A DNA stretch of 64,000 nt from an uncultured Chloroflexia bacterium (lineage in GTDB: Bacteria; Chloroflexota; Limnocylindria; Limnocylindrales; CSP1-4), in NCBI GenBank assembly GCA_963748625.1, contig CAVVJT010000007.1:1184001-1248000 (forward strand), written 5' to 3'. A program made the position numbers and the translations under genes. The first letter of the stretch is position 1, and each line of letters begins with the position of its first letter. The notes beneath the pieces were generated by a model. That model had not been told where the DNA came from and made no database searches. It saw nothing but the letters and a program-made list of their open reading frames with translations. Below, in pieces: positions 63,315 to 64,000 of the stretch.

Positions 63315-64000
63315 TGCGTTTCCAGGACGCCAAGCCCGATGGCCGCGCGGTCGTCTACGCCCACATCCAGGCTGATCCGCTGGTCGCGCGCGCAGCCGGC
63401 CTGCTGACCGACGCCACGACAACGCAGCGCCTGCTCGCCCGGGCCGTGATGAACGGCGAGAGCCTGGATCCGGACGCCTGGCGCACGATGTTCCCCACGC
63501 TCTTCGGCCCTGCCGCACCCGCGCCCGGTGACCCGGTTCGCGACCGTTCGGAGGCCGTCCTCGCCGTCTCGCTGGAGGTGGCCGACCGGGGCGACCAGGT
63601 CCGCTCCCAGTTCCGCGGCGCGCTCGTCGAGGCAGTCACGGAGCGCCTCCTGGCTGTGCGCACCGGTCCCGTCCGGCGCGAGCGCCGCGTCCTCTTCGAC
63701 GGGCGCCCGACGGAGATCCACCCGTACGACGTGACCGTTGAGCGCGAGGGCGCCGCGGAGGCATGGGACTGCAAGTGGGGCGCGCGGGGCATCAAGGCCG
63801 ATGTGATCCACCAGCTCGACGACGCGCGCCGCGGTGCGGTCGAGGAGGGCGGCCGGCTCCTCGTGGGCCTGGTGGTCTTCGACGCACGCCGTTCCTGCGA
63901 GGTGCGGCTGGTGCGTGAGAAGGGCCCGGTGGGGCTGGAGGGCCTCAAGCTCATCGCCCTCGAGGGGCTCGACCGGCTCGCCGGGCGCAAGCTCGCGTGA
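63314..64000 (+). CDS. Hypothetical protein with PD-(D/E)xK nuclease-like motif
   Basis: LVE...PYDVTV...AWDCKWG. Confidence 0.55.
   Translation: MRFQDAKPDGRAVVYAHIQADPLVARAAGLLTDATTTQRLLARAVMNGESLDPDAWRTMFPTLFGPAAPAPGDPVRDRSEAVLAVSLEVADRGDQVRSQFRGALVEAVTERLLAVRTGPVRRERRVLFDGRPTEIHPYDVTVEREGAAEAWDCKWGARGIKADVIHQLDDARRGAVEEGGRLLVGLVVFDARRSCEVRLVREKGPVGLEGLKLIALEGLDRLAGRKLA

Overview
This is a very GC-rich bacterial chromosomal window, mostly housekeeping genes. Gene content and order suggest Chloroflexota (inference). No rRNA, tRNA, CRISPR array or mobile element was seen. The main observation is a minus-strand complex I operon (nuoA-B-C-D-H-[module]-J-K-L-M-N) with no intact nuoI. The N-terminal half of NuoI is fused to a truncated NuoE-like domain. 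The C-terminal half of NuoI sits at the end of a large NuoG/GltD-like FAD/NADPH iron-sulfur flavoprotein. A degenerate NuoF/HydB-like gene lies between them, so an electron-input module appears to have inserted into nuoI and split it. Other content: a MidA/NDUFAF7 methyltransferase near the nuo operon, a Cys-to-Ser sortase-like protein, a divergent PurH, xfp-ackA, a VapBC-like toxin-antitoxin pair, a hsp20-hspR-lon-dnaJ-clpB operon, a KimA/USP/TrkA cluster, DnaA boxes upstream of rsmG, a liv operon whose LivG carries a transmembrane hairpin, an NYN nuclease with a long disordered tail, and holB. Four frameshifts in otherwise intact genes probably reflect sequencing indels.
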